IMG/VR virus record: IMGVR_UViG_3300031365_000008
Location: 1-30,619 of that record
Length of the DNA stretch: 30,619 nucleotides
Strand: one strand, 5' to 3'
Origin: a virus
Taxonomy: Duplodnaviria > Caudoviricetes
Both the position numbers and the translations under genes were made by a program. The notes beneath the pieces are model-generated. The model was not told where the DNA came from. It was given only the letters and a program-made list of their open reading frames with translations, and searched no databases. This document shows positions 26,642-30,619 of the stretch, in pieces. Each line of letters begins with the position of its first letter. The stretch's first letter is position 1.

Positions 26642-28054
26642 ATGTCAAATGTAATTCAATTTAAGAGAGGAGCAGTAGCAAGTATTCCTAACGGAGTAGC
26701 GGGAGAACCTTTATTTGCAACCGATACAAAAAAACTTTATATTAGTGATGGTTCAAATCCCCTGGGAGTGATCATGGATTCTTTATTAGGAGCACATTCT
26801 ATTATTGCAGCAGTTTCTGATGATACCCCGGCTAAGGTAGATGTAGCAGAACAAAGAATATTAGGAAGAAAAACCGGAGGGAATATCGCAGCATTAACCG
26901 CAGCGGAGATTTTGACTATAATAAGTGTGGAATCCGGAGCAGATGTAACGGACTGGACAAATGTGGCAGCAGCTCTGGCAGCAGCAACCGGAGATGTAGC
27001 AATTAATTCTCAAAAAATAACAGGGATGGCAGATCCTGCAGCAGCGCAAGATGGAGCAACAAAAGCATATGTTGACAGCGTGGCCCAGGGGCTAAATGTT
27101 CATACAGCCTGTGTTATAGCGACAACAGAGGATATAACATTAGAAGATGAGCAAACTATCGATGGGGTATTATCTTCGGCAGATAGGATTCTGGTAAAAG
27201 ATCAGACCGATCCTAAGGAAAATGGAATTTATGTATCGCAAGTGGGAGCATGGTCCAGGGCAGAAGATATGGATGCAGCCGCGGAAGTGGCGGGATCTTT
27301 TGTCTTTGTTACAAGTGGAACAGTCAACTCTAATACCGGTTGGGTCTGTACTAATGAGCCGGAATCTGTTGTAGTAGATACGGATAATATTACTTTTAGT
27401 CAGTTTTCTGATGCAGGGTATATTGATGCAGGTACAGGACTGACTAAAACTGGAAATGTTTTGAGCGTTGTAACCGTACTTGAGGATTTAATCACTTTAG
27501 GAGCAGCTGAATCCGATGGACAATTTATTGTAGCCACCGGAGCGGGAGCATTTGCTTATGAAAGCGGAGCAACAGTTCTAGCATCCCTGGGATTAGATAA
27601 TATAGTAAATACAAAAAATAAACTTGATGCAACCGTAGCACCAGTAGGAACAAATGATACTACTGAAGGATATAGTGTAAATTCGCATTGGATAGATGTT
27701 ACAGCTGATAAAGCATATATTTGTCTTGATGATACAGAAGATAATGCAGTATGGACAGAGGTAACACAAGCTGGGAGTGTTATTGATACTCTTTTAGAAT
27801 TAACAGATTTTCCGGCTAATTATACAGATGATGGAGGGAAAATACTTCGAGTAAATGTAGGAGAAGATGCCGTTGAGTTTGTGGAATTTGCAGCTACCTA
27901 TTTAGAAGGAGCACCAACACAAGACCTGGCAACCAAAGCACCGACTTCTGAATGGGCTTATGATCATGATGTAGCGACAACCGGAGTACATGGAGCTGGA
28001 GCAAATACTTTGTTACATTCAGCTTCAACCATTGATGGGGGAGCTTTTGCATAA
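26642..28054 (+). CDS. Fibre protein with Mtd_N-like N-terminus
   Basis: IQFKRG...GEPLFATDTKKLYISDG, KITGMADP..AQDGATKAYVD, DRILVKDQT..KENGIY. Ends IDGGAFA. Confidence 0.75.
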   Translation: MSNVIQFKRGAVASIPNGVAGEPLFATDTKKLYISDGSNPLGVIMDSLLGAHSIIAAVSDDTPAKVDVAEQRILGRKTGGNIAALTAAEILTIISVESGADVTDWTNVAAALAAATGDVAINSQKITGMADPAAAQDGATKAYVDSVAQGLNVHTACVIATTEDITLEDEQTIDGVLSSADRILVKDQTDPKENGIYVSQVGAWSRAEDMDAAAEVAGSFVFVTSGTVNSNTGWVCTNEPESVVVDTDNITFSQFSDAGYIDAGTGLTKTGNVLSVVTVLEDLITLGAAESDGQFIVATGAGAFAYESGATVLASLGLDNIVNTKNKLDATVAPVGTNDTTEGYSVNSHWIDVTADKAYICLDDTEDNAVWTEVTQAGSVIDTLLELTDFPANYTDDGGKILRVNVGEDAVEFVEFAATYLEGAPTQDLATKAPTSEWAYDHDVATTGVHGAGANTLLHSASTIDGGAFA

Positions 28055-28063
28055 CATTTAAAA

Positions 28064-28095
28064 AGGGGGAGTGAAAACTTCCCCTAATATTTTTA
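28064..28095. terminator. GNRA-capped hairpin, possibly a bidirectional terminator
   Basis: AGGGGGAGT-GAAA-ACTTCCCCT with an A-tract upstream and AATATTTTT downstream. Confidence 0.6.
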
Positions 28096-28101
28096 AAAAG
28101 G

Positions 28102-28683
28102 ATGGGAAATAAAATGGAAAAAGAACTTGATGGTGGCTCTTTTACAGCCAAAAAAGAAAATACAGTAAACCAAAAAGTAGAGGAGAATAAATTTATCACC
28201 GGTGAACCGAGCATGATAACGACTGATGAAGTTTTCGCTTTATTGGGGGAGCAAATGGTAAAAGCAAAGAATTGGTCAAAAATAGCTTTGGCCTGGAATA
28301 AGAATTTTACCGCTTTGAATAAAGGCATAACCCAAAGGGAACTACAAACAGCTTCGTTAAATAAAGAGAACCAGGGCTTAAAGGATTCTAATTCGAAGTA
28401 TGTTTTGACTAACCAAAATCTGGATAAAAGAATAACAGAATTAAATTTACAGTCAAAAGAGAAGGATAACAAACTTTATCTTTGTGAAAAATCCTATTCA
28501 GAATTAGAGAGAAAATATGATTTACTTGTAGGGCAAGAGGAAAATAGAAAAAAAATTATTTTAAATTTGACAAAGGATAATAATAAATTAATAGGGGTTA
28601 TAAAAGAGTTTGAAAGAGAACAGGATATACTAAAAGAAAAGTTATCAGCCAAAAGAAAAAAAGCTAAAAAAGTAAAGTCATAG
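28102..28683 (+). CDS. Coiled-coil protein (possible fibre chaperone)
   Basis: 193 aa, heptad-rich, EVFALLGEQMV motif, embedded among the fibre genes. Confidence 0.5.
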   Translation: MGNKMEKELDGGSFTAKKENTVNQKVEENKFITGEPSMITTDEVFALLGEQMVKAKNWSKIALAWNKNFTALNKGITQRELQTASLNKENQGLKDSNSKYVLTNQNLDKRITELNLQSKEKDNKLYLCEKSYSELERKYDLLVGQEENRKKIILNLTKDNNKLIGVIKEFEREQDILKEKLSAKRKKAKKVKS

Positions 28684-28697
28684 ATTGGAGGTTTTAA

Positions 28698-29273
28698 ATG
28701 TCCAATATAATAAAATTTTTAAGAGGAGCGGAAGCGGATATCCCGGTATTAAACCAAGGTGAGCCAGCCTTCACAACCGATACTCATAAAGTATTTATAG
28801 GGGACGGAGCAGCGAATTATCAACTCGCTATGGTGGCAGATAAATTATCTGTCTTTGCCGCAACCACTTCTGCCGAACTTGCAGGAGTTATAAGTGACGA
28901 AACAGGAAGCGGGTTATTGGTGTTTGGGACAAGTCCGACTATAACCACTCCAGTCATTAACCATAAAGTTACAGCAAAAACAACGACTGCAACTTTAAAT
29001 ATAGCGGAGTCGGGGCTTATTACCGTAATTGCTGCAAGTGGCTATACTATACTTTTACCGACCGCTGTAGGCAATTCTGGAATTGTTTTTACTATAAAGA
29101 AAACTGATGATAATGCCAATCTTATCACTATAGACGGTGATGGAACAGAAACTATAGATGGAGCTTTAACATATACAGATATTAACTATCAGTATGCGTA
29201 TGTAATTATTGTTTCAGATAATGCTAATTGGCTAATCATTGGAGAATCAACTGTGAAAGGAGGTACTTTTTAA
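28698..29273 (+). CDS. Short fibre protein with Mtd_N-like N-terminus
   Basis: IKFLRG...LNQGEPAFTTDTHKVFIGDG and DETGSGLLVFGTSPT. Ends VKGGTF. Confidence 0.7.
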   Translation: MSNIIKFLRGAEADIPVLNQGEPAFTTDTHKVFIGDGAANYQLAMVADKLSVFAATTSAELAGVISDETGSGLLVFGTSPTITTPVINHKVTAKTTTATLNIAESGLITVIAASGYTILLPTAVGNSGIVFTIKKTDDNANLITIDGDGTETIDGALTYTDINYQYAYVIIVSDNANWLIIGESTVKGGTF

Positions 29274-30619
29274 TGGGTAAAATAATATTTAAACAAGGGC
29301 TTGGAATTAATCTACCAGTGTTAGATAGCGGTGAAGGTGGCTGGCTTACTGATAAACATAAATTTTATATTGGCGATGGGAGTATAAATCATTTAATTGG
29401 TGGTAGTGCTGTAAATTTAATTGGCGTTGCTGGTGCTGCTGGATTTGGAGTAGGAATTGCTCCAGCAGGGAACGTACCTGTAGGCATGATACCATTAGCG
29501 GGTTATCAAGACCCTCTTGACGATAATTACGGGAATTATCAATATCGTGATGGTAGCGTAATGGTGTGGATACCTAAATTCTATTACAAAATTTCTACTA
29601 ATACAATAACTATAAAAGGAATAGATACTTATTCGACTACCACACTTGCTAACGCAGATGGGTATGCTTTACATCGTGTCTTTATAGATGGTGGAGTAGA
29701 AAAAGACGGATTTTTTGTAGATAAATATATGATTTCTAAAAATGCTTGGGGATCAGGATATATTGGAAGTTCTCTCAAAAATGGACTACCTATATCAACT
29801 GCCTCAGCTCATAATCCTATAGCAGATTTAACCGCTTGTGCAGGAAATTACTATTACGAAATGATAAAGGCTGCCCATGCTCGAGACGGTGTGGATGGAG
29901 CTGAAAACGCAAATTCAATCTTCTTTTGTTGTTCAAGATTTATTTATGCGGCGCTGGCTGTGTTGGCGCTTGCTCACGCTCAGGCTTCGAGTGCTACTAC
30001 TTATTGTGCTTGGTATAACGCTACTTATAATTATCCGAAAGGTTGTAATAATAATGTTCTAAAAGATGTTGATGATAATGAAGTGACCTACATAACTGAT
30101 GGTTATAGCAATTGTGGTAAGACTGGTTCAGGGACTCCTTTTGCCAAAACTACTCATAACGGACAGAATTGCGGAGTAGCAGACCTAAATGGTTTAATGT
30201 ATGAAATTTCTATTGGAGCAACCTGTATAGCAGCAACAATGTCAATAACAGGAGCTTCCAAAGCTGACCCTTGTGTTATCACGGTAGCTAATACAGCTGC
30301 ACTTACTACAGGCGATATGATAATGATAACTGCTGTAGTCGGAATGACACAATTAAACTATAAATTATATAAGATTACTGTCATCGATGGGACAACATTT
30401 TCCCTTGACGATATAAATTCAGGTGGATATACAGACTATGGTTCAGCCGGGACAATAACTTATGGAACTTTTTATGTGGCAAAATCTGCAACCGCAATGA
30501 AAAATTTTACTTCTGGAAACGCTGCAGCAACTGACCATTGGGGAGCAACAGGATGTGCTGCTATGATGGACGCTTTATCTGCCGCAACAGTAGCAAGTAT
30601 GTTTAAGTCTGGAAATGTT
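29273..30619 (+). CDS. Mtd-like receptor-binding protein (Mtd_N + CLec/FGE-type fold + FCCH-like insert), truncated by the window end
   Basis: Absent from the track because it has no stop. Open for 449 codons from ATG 29273: IIFKQG..LPVLDSGEGGWLTDKHKFYIGDG, DGSVMVWIPKFYY, GYALHRVFIDGGVEKDGFFVDKY, KTTHNGQNCGVADLNGLMYE, SITGASKADPCVIT...VVGMTQLN. Confidence 0.8.
   Translation, partial: MGKIIFKQGLGINLPVLDSGEGGWLTDKHKFYIGDGSINHLIGGSAVNLIGVAGAAGFGVGIAPAGNVPVGMIPLAGYQDPLDDNYGNYQYRDGSVMVWIPKFYYKISTNTITIKGIDTYSTTTLANADGYALHRVFIDGGVEKDGFFVDKYMISKNAWGSGYIGSSLKNGLPISTASAHNPIADLTACAGNYYYEMIKAAHARDGVDGAENANSIFFCCSRFIYAALAVLALAHAQASSATTYCAWYNATYNYPKGCNNNVLKDVDDNEVTYITDGYSNCGKTGSGTPFAKTTHNGQNCGVADLNGLMYEISIGATCIAATMSITGASKADPCVITVANTAALTTGDMIMITAVVGMTQLNYKLYKITVIDGTTFSLDDINSGGYTDYGSAGTITYGTFYVAKSATAMKNFTSGNAAATDHWGATGCAAMMDALSAATVASMFKSGNV

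Noticed and set aside
27894-28472. 192-aa minus-strand ORF
   Set aside because: It spans two + strand genes and a terminator hairpin, and its composition mirrors the sense codons.
29877-30062. 61-aa + strand ORF in the track
   Set aside because: Out of frame inside the long ORF starting at 29273, which carries the conserved motifs.
1-30619. Archaeal virus assignment, suggested by some head/tail features and GGTGA-type SDs
   Set aside because: A TTGACA-17-TAAAAT promoter and an M15 peptidoglycan peptidase favour a bacterial host. The exact host cannot be determined from this window.

Overview
The window is the virion-morphogenesis and lysis region of a siphovirus-type tailed phage or prophage, with almost all genes on the + strand. 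Gene order: decayed DNA methyltransferase, portal, MuF-like minor head protein with an intein, Com-like Zn-ribbon protein, promoter/terminator leader, XkdF-like protease-scaffold, major capsid, a five-gene sugar-modification cassette, neck and tail genes (with a free-standing HNH and a frameshifting tail chaperone), tape measure, tail-tip proteins, holin/M15 endolysin and membrane proteins, then a run of Mtd_N fibre genes ending in an Mtd/C-type-lectin-like gene cut by the window edge. Sigma70-type promoters and a peptidoglycan peptidase point to a bacterial host. The most striking feature is the intein (2734-3687). It has no in-frame homing endonuclease. Instead it carries a complete HTH + DUF559/Vsr-like endonuclease gene on the opposite strand, whose extended -10 promoter and Shine-Dalgarno sequence are written into the codons of the intein's C-terminal splicing motifs. 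Other highlights are a probable virion-glycosylation cassette with a glycosyltransferase fused to a copy of the neighbouring head-associated domain, a possible Com-like attenuator, a +1 UUU-CGU frameshift, and a candidate single-protein spanin ending in a beta-barrel signature. All family calls come from motif recognition by eye; no database searches were run.
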